A DNA stretch of 64,000 nucleotides from an uncultured Psychrobacter sp. GTDB lineage: Bacteria > Pseudomonadota > Gammaproteobacteria > Pseudomonadales > Moraxellaceae. Under the pieces are notes generated by a model. The model ran no database searches. It was not told where the DNA came from and saw only the letters and a program-made list of their open reading frames with translations. Below are positions 35,666 to 45,594 of this stretch, piece after piece. Numbering within the stretch: the first letter of the stretch is position 1; each line of letters opens with the position of its first letter. The translations under genes were made by a program, and so were the position numbers. The DNA is taken from contig NZ_CANMRN010000005.1 in assembly GCF_947500265.1 (NCBI RefSeq), forward strand, positions 159,307 to 223,306. The letters are read 5' to 3'.

Positions 35666-36592
35666 ATGTTAAGTTTAGAACGTTGGGAGCAGTCCCTTCA
35701 GTATATTCGCGGTGATTTTTGTACTCAACCACATAGCTATACCACTTTTTTTGGTGAGATTAAGTCAAGCAATTATGACGGGTTAGAAGTTGCCTACATA
35801 GAAACCAATGCTCAAAAAATAGATCACGTATTCAGTTCACTTAAAGAAAACAGACACTACTTTGTGGTTTGGCAACAAAAAGGGGCAATGGTTTTTTCAC
35901 ATGCCCAGCACGAACAAATTTTGTTGCAGCCTGATGAAATCATACTGGTTGATCCTGCTGCTAGCTATAGCATGTACCCTCAAGGTTTAGTACAACAGCT
36001 GGTGGTTCACATACCAAGGTGTGAATGGAACAATATTGGAATAAACCACAAAGCGCTCTTTTCTAAACTGTCACCACATCAAACCAGTACCAAAGTCTTG
36101 TTAACCATCTTAAAACAATTGGCGTATGCACCACCCTCTCAGCACAATGGCGAAGGCCAAGCAATACAGCAGGCCATTCGTGCTTTAATCCAGCCAAGCA
36201 TTGATGATAAAAGTACTGATACTGCGTCCTCATTAAAAAGGATAGTGCAGCAACATATTTTACGACTGCTTTCCGATCCAGATTTATGCCCCGAACGATT
36301 AGCAGAAGAGATGAAAATGTCAAAGCGCTCGCTTTATCGGCTTTTTGCGGAAGACAATATCAGTATTGCCCGTCTTATCTTAAATACGCGGATTGAGCAA
36401 TGCTGTAGAGAATTGATTGAATCAGCTAAGTTAAATCAGCCGCTGTCGTTAACTGAGGTGGCTTTTCGTTGGGGGTTTTCTGACACCTCTCAATTTTCTC
36501 GTTCTTTTAAACGTATTAAAGGAGTGTCGCCTAGTGTATGGCGCGAATCCCAATTAGTGCCCTACAGTGAGTTGCATCCACACCAAATGTGA
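35666..36592 (+). CDS. AraC-family transcriptional regulator
   Basis: The C-terminal double HTH has the ...LAEEMKMSKRSLYRLF... and ...FSDTSQFSRSFKRIKGVSPSVWR signature. Confidence 0.8.
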   Translation: MLSLERWEQSLQYIRGDFCTQPHSYTTFFGEIKSSNYDGLEVAYIETNAQKIDHVFSSLKENRHYFVVWQQKGAMVFSHAQHEQILLQPDEIILVDPAASYSMYPQGLVQQLVVHIPRCEWNNIGINHKALFSKLSPHQTSTKVLLTILKQLAYAPPSQHNGEGQAIQQAIRALIQPSIDDKSTDTASSLKRIVQQHILRLLSDPDLCPERLAEEMKMSKRSLYRLFAEDNISIARLILNTRIEQCCRELIESAKLNQPLSLTEVAFRWGFSDTSQFSRSFKRIKGVSPSVWRESQLVPYSELHPHQM

Positions 36593-36596
36593 TTTA

Positions 36597-37676
36597 TTAC
36601 CCAAACCGAACTACTAGCCATTGTTCTAGCCGTTGTATTGGTTTACGTAGCACAGTTGAATGCATCGCTATACCACCACTTAATCCTATCACGCAGCCTA
36701 AAGCAGTATCGATCAAACGCGCTTGGATAACCGATTGATAGTTTTGGACGGAGGCTGGCAAGTCGCTGCCATATTCAGCAATAAATATTGTTAGTGGTGT
36801 AATAAATACTACTGCTAGTCCATAATGTCGATCAATCAGTGACTCAATGCATAGCATCATTACAAATATAATAATTGCAACCTCCCACATAAGTAAATCA
36901 AACGATAGCAGCCAAGTCGCTAGACCTACACCAACCACAGTACCTAGTAGTCGGTGTAACTGTTTGATCCACATGGTACGCAACTGAATACCTTGAATAA
37001 TAATAAAGCAACTGACAGAGGCCCAATAAGGATAAGGCATATTTAGTAAGACAGCCACTAATAAGGCTAGACTGACAAACCCTGTCACTATAATACTCTC
37101 GCTGATAATATCTGGCTTATAGCTATAATGTGGAGCTTGCAGCGTCTGCCTAGTTGCCAATAAAAATAACGAATACAGCAATGCCATGATCATAGAAAAC
37201 CCACTGCCAAGCATCACTAACCCACTGGCTGACAGTAGCTCAGTTAAAGGTATCGGTATAAATAATGCGATAGCACCCGCCATCATTACAAACAATCCTG
37301 CAGGTGGCTGCTGCTGATAATAGCGACCGAGCCCTACAATACCGAAGGCCATTATTGTAAATACTGGTAGCTTAAGTATAGGGACTTGCTGAGCGATTGC
37401 GCCAAGCGCAAAACATAGCGACATAGCAAAACCCCATGCCATTATAGTGACAAGACGGTATGCAAGCGACCCTACTAGTGGCAAATTAAGTATAATCATT
37501 GCCCCTAGTGAAGCCTTCACGCCTGAAGATAAAGCATCGAAATAAGCGCCAATAAATACTGGAAAACTAATAGCAATAGCGCTGACAATAGGTAGATGCC
37601 ATGGCCTGCGACTTTGAGTCACAGTAAGTAAGTGCTTAATGTCATTCCGTAGCAAGCGCTTAATAGTAGTTAGCAA
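36597..37676 (-). CDS. Polytopic inner-membrane protein, FUSC/YccS-like (tentative)
   Basis: 359 aa with about 10 hydrophobic segments. The N-terminal pattern (RPWHLPIVSAIAISFPVFIGAYF) is reminiscent of FUSC-family exporters. The assignment is weak. Confidence 0.45.
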   Translation of the reverse strand: MLTTIKRLLRNDIKHLLTVTQSRRPWHLPIVSAIAISFPVFIGAYFDALSSGVKASLGAMIILNLPLVGSLAYRLVTIMAWGFAMSLCFALGAIAQQVPILKLPVFTIMAFGIVGLGRYYQQQPPAGLFVMMAGAIALFIPIPLTELLSASGLVMLGSGFSMIMALLYSLFLLATRQTLQAPHYSYKPDIISESIIVTGFVSLALLVAVLLNMPYPYWASVSCFIIIQGIQLRTMWIKQLHRLLGTVVGVGLATWLLSFDLLMWEVAIIIFVMMLCIESLIDRHYGLAVVFITPLTIFIAEYGSDLPASVQNYQSVIQARLIDTALGCVIGLSGGIAMHSTVLRKPIQRLEQWLVVRFG

Positions 37677-37789
37677 AACGTTGCTCCTTTATTTTCTTTT
37701 TTATGATTAGCAATCGTGCTATAGCCAAATTTATATAAATACGATTATTGGGCGTAAACCCCATCGGCTAGTCAGTTCTAATATTAGTG

Positions 37790-37855
37790 AAAAAGGTTAC
37801 CAACACTATGCTTAGCATAATATTAGTAACCTTTCTTATTTGATTTTTACTTTAG
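37790..37855. repeat. Hairpin-containing ~65-bp repeat, copy 2 (terminator-like, downstream of the APC permease gene)
   Basis: GAAAAAGGTTACCAACACTAT-GCTTAGC-ATAATATTAGTAACCTTTCTTATTTGATTTTTACTTTAG. The stem position G-C in copy 1 is A-T here, which is a compensatory change. Confidence 0.55.
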
Positions 37856-37933
37856 TAAGATAACAATTACTGATGTTTAATCTTAAGTCTTTCTTATTAA
37901 ACTTACTGGTTAGTTGATATTGCTAATATTGCT

Positions 37934-39319
37934 TTACGAATCTGTCTCTATAGCATCAGCCTCAAACAGACCTTTTTTCATATAGAACTTAACCCAAAGT
38001 GCCGCAATAATACTAATAATTAATAACATTCCTCCAAAGATTTGGAAAATCATTGCAGTCATCTCTGGTGCAGGTGAACTATTAATAATGATGTACACCA
38101 TAGCAACGATACCCAGTATTTGCGGAACAGGATAAAACGGCGTGCGATATGGGCGTGAATGATTGGGTATACGGCGGCGCAAAACGATGACATCAATATG
38201 CGCAATAATATAAGCCAGTAGATAACTGATGGTTGCTGCAATGACCATTGGAATGACCGAATCAATAGAAAGTCCTAAAAAAGGAATACAGATAAACACT
38301 GTCATTACTACTATTGCAAGCCAAGGTGCTCCAAAACGGTTAACGGTTTTAAAGACTGGGAGCGTCTGCTTTTGCTCAGCCATACCATGTAGCATACGTG
38401 GGATTGCAGCTAAAATAGTGTTGGCGCTACTAAAAGTGGCAGCCAATGCCATAACTGTCGCAATTAACAAACCTGCCGTTCCAAATAATGACATGGCATA
38501 GTCAACATAAGGGACATTTGATTCGAGGATCGTCTCAACGCTTAAAAACTGACTGGCGCCATAAACAAAAATAAGATACATAAAAAAGATAATAGTGACT
38601 GAAATATGCATAGACTTTGGAATGTTGCTATTTGGATCTTTGACTTCATTGATCATTGGACATATAAATTCAGCACCTACGAATAACCACATTGCCAAGG
38701 CAATAAGACCAATGAAACTACCATTTGTCACGCCAGCCATACCAAAATCTACAGTAGTACCTACTATTTCTGCTGGAGCAGTAAGATGCAAACTTGCAAC
38801 CAATCCAATTAACAATATCGCTGACACCATAATAACAACGATCAAGTTTTGAACTTTGGCAAAGACATCAATACCTCTGATATTAGTCACACATAAAAAT
38901 AACAAGATTAGTATCGGTACAACCTTTGCAGGTAGCATGCCTGGTAATAACGCATCAAGCATAGCCTCTACCAAAAACAGCTCTACCGTTACGCCTAATA
39001 TCCCCACCAAAACATAGCCTGCATATACCGAAACGATAGCGGGAAAGTGACCGATTGCTTTTTGGGTATAAGTGGCCAGTGTTCCCTCTGCTGGAAACAT
39101 CAGTGATAATTCAGCGAAGCTCATGATATTAAAGTGAGCAATCACCAAAGCGGCAACCATTGCAGCTATAAAAGCGCTGCCTCCGATGCCAATACCCTGT
39201 AAGGCAGATATCATAGCTCCTTGAGCCACAACCAAGCCGATACATATTGATATCATAGTCAGCAAACCAATCTTTTTGGCTGCCGCTACACGGGGGCTTG
39301 TATTAATAGTTTCTGTCAT
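37934..39319 (-). CDS. APC-superfamily amino acid/amine permease
   Basis: 461 aa with 12 predicted hydrophobic helices. It shows the typical APC N-terminal segment (LLTMISICIGLVVAQGAM) and overall layout. Confidence 0.75.
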   Translation of the reverse strand: MTETINTSPRVAAAKKIGLLTMISICIGLVVAQGAMISALQGIGIGGSAFIAAMVAALVIAHFNIMSFAELSLMFPAEGTLATYTQKAIGHFPAIVSVYAGYVLVGILGVTVELFLVEAMLDALLPGMLPAKVVPILILLFLCVTNIRGIDVFAKVQNLIVVIMVSAILLIGLVASLHLTAPAEIVGTTVDFGMAGVTNGSFIGLIALAMWLFVGAEFICPMINEVKDPNSNIPKSMHISVTIIFFMYLIFVYGASQFLSVETILESNVPYVDYAMSLFGTAGLLIATVMALAATFSSANTILAAIPRMLHGMAEQKQTLPVFKTVNRFGAPWLAIVVMTVFICIPFLGLSIDSVIPMVIAATISYLLAYIIAHIDVIVLRRRIPNHSRPYRTPFYPVPQILGIVAMVYIIINSSPAPEMTAMIFQIFGGMLLIISIIAALWVKFYMKKGLFEADAIETDS

Positions 39320-39453
39320 GATATATAACCTATATGGTCAAGGGCATGTCCACCTAAGACGTAAAGATGCCATTTCGGATGTATCTGACTTCTTGTCAAT
39401 GTTCAACTTATTTTAGGATAAGACACACGTGAATATAATCTCTAAAATAGAGG

Positions 39454-40878
39454 TTAAGATTTAGAGGTTTGCATGGTTTGTATAGAGGTAAACTCCTTTA
39501 GCCCAGCTTCACCAAATGCGACACCAAATCCTGAATCTTTAACACCACCGAACGGAGCATCAGGTTGTACCATGGCATGATTATTGATCCAAACGGTGCC
39601 ACACTCTAAACGTGAGCCGATACTCTGTGCTTTTTCGATGTCTGTTGACCAAACTGAACCGCCAAGTCCAACAGAGAGACGGTTAGCACTGGTAATCGCC
39701 TCTTCTACATCGCTAAACTTAATAATCGGTAAAATAGGTCCGAACTGTTCTTCATCAACCAAGCGCGCGCCATCTTGAATATTATTCACTAACGTTATTG
39801 GATAGAAATAGCCTGTCTCGTCCACCACTTCACCGCCACATAAAAAGTTGGCACCGCGCTCTTTGGCATCTTGAGCAAGCGCTTTGACAATCTCCAGCTG
39901 CTTCTCATTTTGTAACGGCCCAAAGTCTGTATCCGCATCAAGTCCATTGCCCGTTTTCATGCTATTTGCTATGTTAGTCATGGCTTCACAAAGCTGCTCG
40001 TATACTGCTTCGTGTACATAAAGTCTTTTTAATGCCGCACACGTTTGGCCATTGTTTATAAACGATGTGGCAAAAATCTTACCTGCAATAGCCTCAATAT
40101 CGGCATCAGCCAATACAATACCGGCATCGTTACCGCCAAGCTCAAGCGTTAAACGCTTTAGGTTTTCAGCAGCGCTTTTCATGATGGCTTTACCTGTTGG
40201 GGTTGAGCCGGTAAAAATAATTTTATCAATATCTTTATGCGAAGACATTGCACCGCCAATCTCACCTGCGCCAGCCACTACATTCAAAACACCTTTTGGC
40301 AAAATATCTTTGGCAATTTCGCCAAGAAACAAAGTCGTCAACGGTGTCATCTCTGAAGGTTTAATAACGACTGTATTGCCCGTAATCAAAGCAGGAATCA
40401 TGTGCCAAATACCGATTAGCAATGGATAGTTCCATGGCGTAATAGAACCCACCACGCCGAGTGCCTTACGGTGAATAGCTATGTGTGCGGCGTCGTTGTC
40501 TTGAATGGTTTCTGGTGTCAGCTCCATGCTGGCAGTGCTGCGTATCCATGCGAGCGTACCACCAAATTCAAAGCCTGCCCCCAAATCAGCGAAACCATTG
40601 ATAGGCTTGCCTTGCTCTTTGGTTAACAGGGTTATAAATGCCTCGCTCTTGGCTTCAACGGCATCTGCAAGCTGCATCAATTTATCTCGGCGTTCTGCAT
40701 AGGTGAGTGCTGACCAAGCAGGAAATGCCGCTTTAGCTGCGGCGACCGCAGTATTTAATTGTTCAACACTGGCTTTTGGACAGCGTGCAACAACTGATTT
40801 GTCAGCTGGATTGATAACGTCAAAATAGTCATTCGTTGACACTTTTTCGCCGTCGATAATTAAATTAAATTCTTGCAT
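39454..40878 (-). CDS. NAD(P)+-dependent aldehyde dehydrogenase
   Basis: 474 aa. It has FTGSTPTGKAIM, the catalytic Glu block LELGGNDAGIV, the catalytic Cys block NNGQTCAALKR and EEQFGPILP. Confidence 0.9.
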   Translation of the reverse strand: MQEFNLIIDGEKVSTNDYFDVINPADKSVVARCPKASVEQLNTAVAAAKAAFPAWSALTYAERRDKLMQLADAVEAKSEAFITLLTKEQGKPINGFADLGAGFEFGGTLAWIRSTASMELTPETIQDNDAAHIAIHRKALGVVGSITPWNYPLLIGIWHMIPALITGNTVVIKPSEMTPLTTLFLGEIAKDILPKGVLNVVAGAGEIGGAMSSHKDIDKIIFTGSTPTGKAIMKSAAENLKRLTLELGGNDAGIVLADADIEAIAGKIFATSFINNGQTCAALKRLYVHEAVYEQLCEAMTNIANSMKTGNGLDADTDFGPLQNEKQLEIVKALAQDAKERGANFLCGGEVVDETGYFYPITLVNNIQDGARLVDEEQFGPILPIIKFSDVEEAITSANRLSVGLGGSVWSTDIEKAQSIGSRLECGTVWINNHAMVQPDAPFGGVKDSGFGVAFGEAGLKEFTSIQTMQTSKS

Positions 40879-42300
40879 GGCACTAACCCTTATCGTAAAA
40901 ATTGTGATGGATGATTTATGTGATTAAAAAATTATGGTTGATAAAAACCCGTCATTTATCGTTAATTTGACGCCTATTAAAAAAACGCTCTAGACATACC
41001 ATCTGTGAGTATCACCTCATCAATATGTTGTCCATAAGCCACTACCCGTCGACCATGGACAGGTATTAAATTACTGGTTGAAGTTATATGAATCTCTCTG
41101 TTTAAGAGCTCATGATCATGGTTTTTAGTATTGATGATATGGCTATTTTTTTGGCCGTTTGAACTGGGAAGCTTGTGTATCATAGATAACGTCCTTGTTG
41201 TCTAAAGATAGAATTGAGGGAATGGTATTATTTGCACTAAATCTGATAGCGAGCCAATAGATATTTAATATTAGCGATCTACCAACAAAAATTTGTGATG
41301 CTCCAATTGAATCAGCAGCTCGATCAACCTGTATCAAGGATTACTACTGAATATATAAAAATAAACAATAGTTTTGTTTTTATATATTTAAAGATAATTA
41401 TAGATACCTCTTATTCATACCTATTTTTATCTTTTATCAAATTGGTATATAATGAATATACTAGATAGTTGAACATTCAACAATTATTTTTTTCACTTTA
41501 TTTTACTTGTCTACAATAGTTGATAATATTTTTTAGGATTATTTCTCGCTTTGATAGCCGGAATAAAAACGTGATAAACCTAAAAAAATGTGAATATATT
41601 GAACGATTTTTTGATAAAAATATTGCTGTCGTTAACTCACCGAAAAGGCTGCAAATGAGATTAGTATTACCATTCAACTCCTCTAGATAGAATGAAATAC
41701 TAGATTTAAAAACAATAAGCCAGTCAGCATTTTTTGTTTTCATATTATTCCTAGTAAACCCTATTGGTTTACACGGTAAGCCACGTTATTAGACATGTTT
41801 GCGGAATTAATGTTGTAGACATAATCATTGATATATTGTGTTCATGCTCTATTGCAAATCCTGTATTAATAGCCAGCGTTAGCAAGATTAAACCAGAACC
41901 AATATAGTCATTACCTACTGCAGCAAGGCATAACTTGTTTTTGATGAGGTATTCATAGATACAAATCAGAGAATATGGCTTGACTGGTGCAAAGGATTTC
42001 TTGTCTCAAATCTAAGTAAGAGACAGGTGATTATTATAAATAATGATAGATTCTGTAAGCACAGATGCAGATGAAAACTACTGAGTAAGGATGGGGCTGG
42101 CACTCTTTATGGGTCTGTCTACAATTCCAACTTAAATATTTAGCCATGACAAAGCGGTGTGAAATTTTAGTTTAGTAAATGAGTAGTGCCACATAATACT
42201 GATATAAATAAACAACTTTTGTTTACTTTTTGTGGTGATTAGGGACGAGATAGATAATTGGTCTGACATTGATTTTTTCTTTCTAGTCTTAGACTGAGTC

Positions 42301-42475
42301 TAGGGCGTGTCCTCAATTCAAACGAGTGCTCTCTAAATGGGCTAAAAATAGCTAAATTTTGCCAAACATCGTCAAATAGTTGGTCAATATCTCGATATTA
42401 TCTGCACTACTTTCCTCGTTTGACGGCAATTTATCTCATTTTTATCACCATTTTTAAAATGAGGACACGCCCTAG
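42301..42475. mobile_element. MITE-like element, copy B (175 bp; TIR TAGGGCGTGTCCTCA / TGAGGACACGCCCTA)
   Basis: It is collinear with copy A (6073-6247). The T-to-C change at TIR position 12 is matched by an A-to-G change in the opposite arm. It lies in a 1.75-kb gene-poor stretch. Confidence 0.7.
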
Positions 42476-42633
42476 TTAGATGTAGATGATAGAAAAGTAA
42501 AGCTAACCCTGAATTTGTATAACACAAACTTTTAAAACTGAAAAATACCATTAACCATGTGACAGCTTTTATTTGTTTACATTAAACGTTACTGTACTTT
42601 CCATATATGTATGACCATAGATAAGGATATCTC

Positions 42634-43434
42634 ATGAATACACATTTGATTAGACCCATCCAGCCATATTTCATGCTATATGCACAGAATAGTTATCAGA
42701 AAAAACAGATCAATCGTGATGGTATCTCACATTTTTATTGTTTTACTTTAGACCAAGCAGCGATGGCGGTTAACGTTGTACCCGATGGCAGTATTGATAT
42801 TATTATCAAGCTGCATGATGACAAGCCCGAAGCATGGGTATGTGGCAGCTCAAGAATACTAGGCAGCACTTTTATTGAAAAAGAATGTTCTTACTTTGGT
42901 GTTCGTTATCAAATCGGTATGATGCCTGATTTTTTATCTATCAAACCAAAGGACATTGTTGATCAGACCGTACCTCTACAAAGTATTTCGCCACTAGCCG
43001 CGCAGCTACTTGCAAGGCTTGCTGAGTGTCACACCTTTGAGCAACAGATAACTGCTTTTCAGCAAGTGTGTGTGCATCGCCAGCGCTTAGTAGAATCCTC
43101 TGATTTATCACAAACGTTAATCAAACTGATGCTACAGCACCGCGGTAATATCAGCGTTGCTGAGCTAAGCCAACAAAGTGGTTACTCCGTCCGAACTATC
43201 AGCAGCTCATTTAACAACTATTACGGTTTGTCGCCAAAAGCATTTAACCTCATTTTGAGATATCAACAAGTATTAGATCAATTGATGCAAAGTAATGGCG
43301 AGCGTTTGATAGATCTGGCAACAGATATGGGCTACTCAGATCAGTCTCACTTATGCCGACAATTTAAGCGATACAACGGCCAAGGTCCAAAAGAATTTCA
43401 GAATATTTTAAAACAGTATAGTTACAAAGCCTAA
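42634..43434 (+). CDS. AraC-family transcriptional regulator
   Basis: The C-terminal HTH pair is ISVAELSQQSGYSVRTISSSF... and MGYSDQSHLCRQFKRYNGQGPKEF. Confidence 0.75.
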   Translation: MNTHLIRPIQPYFMLYAQNSYQKKQINRDGISHFYCFTLDQAAMAVNVVPDGSIDIIIKLHDDKPEAWVCGSSRILGSTFIEKECSYFGVRYQIGMMPDFLSIKPKDIVDQTVPLQSISPLAAQLLARLAECHTFEQQITAFQQVCVHRQRLVESSDLSQTLIKLMLQHRGNISVAELSQQSGYSVRTISSSFNNYYGLSPKAFNLILRYQQVLDQLMQSNGERLIDLATDMGYSDQSHLCRQFKRYNGQGPKEFQNILKQYSYKA

Positions 43435-43812
43435 CCACTGCTTCACTCCTCCACTTAAGCTATTTTGAATGTTCACGGTACTGTTTACATCGTGATTTTT
43501 ATCTGAATACCCTTTTGCACTCTTTTTTCTTTATTTTGCCTTTTTTGCATCATGTAAGACTATTTATTCTGTTTGAGCTTTGCTTTGCAAAGTCATCACA
43601 CTGACTACCCCTAAGCCCTTATTTTAGAGGTTTTTTTAAACCTGTCGCCATACATCTCCTTACACTAACTTCTCGTTGTTTTGTCCTGTTACTCTGAAGA
43701 AAGCCATCTTATATTTATGCGCTACTTCCGATTTGTTCTATGCATGGTTTTTATAATATGTAAATATTAAATGGTCACCAACATTACAGACCAATAAGGA
43801 CATAAAGACACC

Positions 43813-44961
43813 ATGACAAAGGAAAATGTGAGTACCCAGATAGATTTTATCTACCTATCAGAACCAGACATGATCGCTGCTGGTGTGACCGATATGGCAC
43901 AGTGCGTAGATACCATGGAAGAGATGTTCATCCTATTACAAAAGGGTGACTATCGTATGGCCGGCCCCAATAGTGACTCTCATGGCGCTATGATTACTTT
44001 CCCTGAGGAATCCCCTTTTTCAACCATGCCTAAACCAACAGCAGATCGTCGCTTAATGGCGATGCCAGCTTACCTTGGTGGTGACTTTCAGACTTGCGGT
44101 GTGAAATGGTATGGCTCAAACATTGCCAATCGCGAAATAGGCTTACCACGCTCTATTTTGATGTTCACATTGACCGATGTCGTTACTTCAGCGCCATTAG
44201 CATACATGTCAGCCAACCTATTATCAGCCTATCGAACAGGTGCAGTCCCTGGTGTAGGCGCACGCCACCTCGCCCGTAAAGATTCAAAAGTGATTGGGCT
44301 TTTAGGGCCAGGCGTCATGGGTAAAACAACAGTTGCCTCTTTTATGGCAGCTTGTCCAGACGTTGATACCATTAAAATAAAAGGTCGCGGCCAGGCAAGT
44401 TTGGACAGCTTTACGGCATGGCTCGCTGAAACCTTTCCTCAGATTGTTAACGTCCAAATCGTCGACTCTGTTGAAGAGGTCGTTCGAGGATCTGATCTGG
44501 TGACTTATTGCAATTCAGGCGAGGTGGGCGATCCATCGACCTACCCAATCGTTAAACGCGAATGGGTGAAACCTGGTGCCTTTTTAGCCATGCCAGCAAG
44601 CTGTAGTTTGGATGAAGGCATGAGTGGCAAAGACGTACGTAAAGTCATGGACAGTATCGGTTTGTACACTGCTTGGTACGAAGAAGTGCCTAAACCTGCC
44701 CATAACCACATACCATTAGTAGGTATGCGCTTTATGGATATGATTGAACAAGGCTCAATGACCATGGATCAGCTTGAAGATCTTGGTGAAATTGTTGCTG
44801 GTGTCACCCCTGCTCGCCAAAATGATGAAGAAATCGTGGTGATGTCTGTTGGTGGTATGCCAGTTGAAGATGTGGCTTGGGCCACCGTCGTATATCGTAA
44901 CGCGATCGAAAAAGGTATTGGTGTGAAACTCAACTTATGGGATACCCCAGTACTACGTTAA
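43813..44961 (+). CDS. Ornithine cyclodeaminase / mu-crystallin family NAD(P) enzyme
   Basis: 382 aa. It has the Rossmann loop VIGLLGPGVMGKT and an N-terminal layout typical of OCD-like proteins. The substrate is unknown. Confidence 0.65.
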   Translation: MTKENVSTQIDFIYLSEPDMIAAGVTDMAQCVDTMEEMFILLQKGDYRMAGPNSDSHGAMITFPEESPFSTMPKPTADRRLMAMPAYLGGDFQTCGVKWYGSNIANREIGLPRSILMFTLTDVVTSAPLAYMSANLLSAYRTGAVPGVGARHLARKDSKVIGLLGPGVMGKTTVASFMAACPDVDTIKIKGRGQASLDSFTAWLAETFPQIVNVQIVDSVEEVVRGSDLVTYCNSGEVGDPSTYPIVKREWVKPGAFLAMPASCSLDEGMSGKDVRKVMDSIGLYTAWYEEVPKPAHNHIPLVGMRFMDMIEQGSMTMDQLEDLGEIVAGVTPARQNDEEIVVMSVGGMPVEDVAWATVVYRNAIEKGIGVKLNLWDTPVLR

Positions 44962-45117
44962 ACAACACGCTTTAATAATAGCTGACTAAAATCCTTCGAC
45001 CAAAATACATTGATAAGTGCTTATAACACGGCAATGTGATTATTTTAGTCAGTTATCTATTTATCATCCCTATATTTATAAAACATCCATCCACTAACAT
45101 CAAATAAGAGAACTCAC

Positions 45118-45543
45118 ATGACAAAAGTTACCAAATTAAAAACAGGTTCAGTATTAGAAGAAAAAAGCAGTTATTCACGCTTGGTTTGTGTCGACAACCT
45201 GATTTTTGTGTCTAATACGGCAGGCCGTTGTCCAGAAACCAAAGAGATTGCTGAAGACTTAGAAGAACAAACGCTACAAGTATTCGCCAATATCGAACGT
45301 GCACTTAACGCGGTAGACTCGTCATTAGCTGACGTTGTCATGACACGTGTATTTATTCAAGACCCCAAAGATGCCATGGTTGTTATGGGAATCTTTGGTG
45401 AAAAATTCAAAGGTGTTGATCCTGCCACTACTGTCAGCTGCCCACCACTAAGCTCTAGTGTTTACAAAGTAGAAATAGAAGTAACAGCATATAAAGGCGC
45501 ATCAACTGCAGAAAACGTGACCATTAACATTGGTCAACAATAA
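45118..45543 (+). CDS. RidA/YjgF-family (endoribonuclease L-PSP-like) protein
   Basis: 141 aa. The call rests on size, the ...VFANIERALNAV...VMTRVFIQD...VEIEVTA pattern and the context next to amino-acid oxidoreductases. Confidence 0.6.
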   Translation: MTKVTKLKTGSVLEEKSSYSRLVCVDNLIFVSNTAGRCPETKEIAEDLEEQTLQVFANIERALNAVDSSLADVVMTRVFIQDPKDAMVVMGIFGEKFKGVDPATTVSCPPLSSSVYKVEIEVTAYKGASTAENVTINIGQQ

Positions 45544-45594
45544 GCCACCTGCACAGGCCGTATATAACATTAATCAGCAAGGAGTACGGTTCCA

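Noticed and set aside
40977-41743. Small minus-strand ORFs 40977..41183, 41143..41337 and 41498..41743
   Set aside because: They are AT-rich and low-complexity, overlap each other in different frames, and have no SD or motifs. At best they are remnants of a dead gene.
44982-45052. 11-bp inverted repeat CTGACTAAAAT...ATTTTAGTCAG after the OCD-family gene
   Set aside because: It is short and AT-rich with a 49-nt loop. It is plausibly just a weak terminator or chance and is not distinctive enough to report as a finding.
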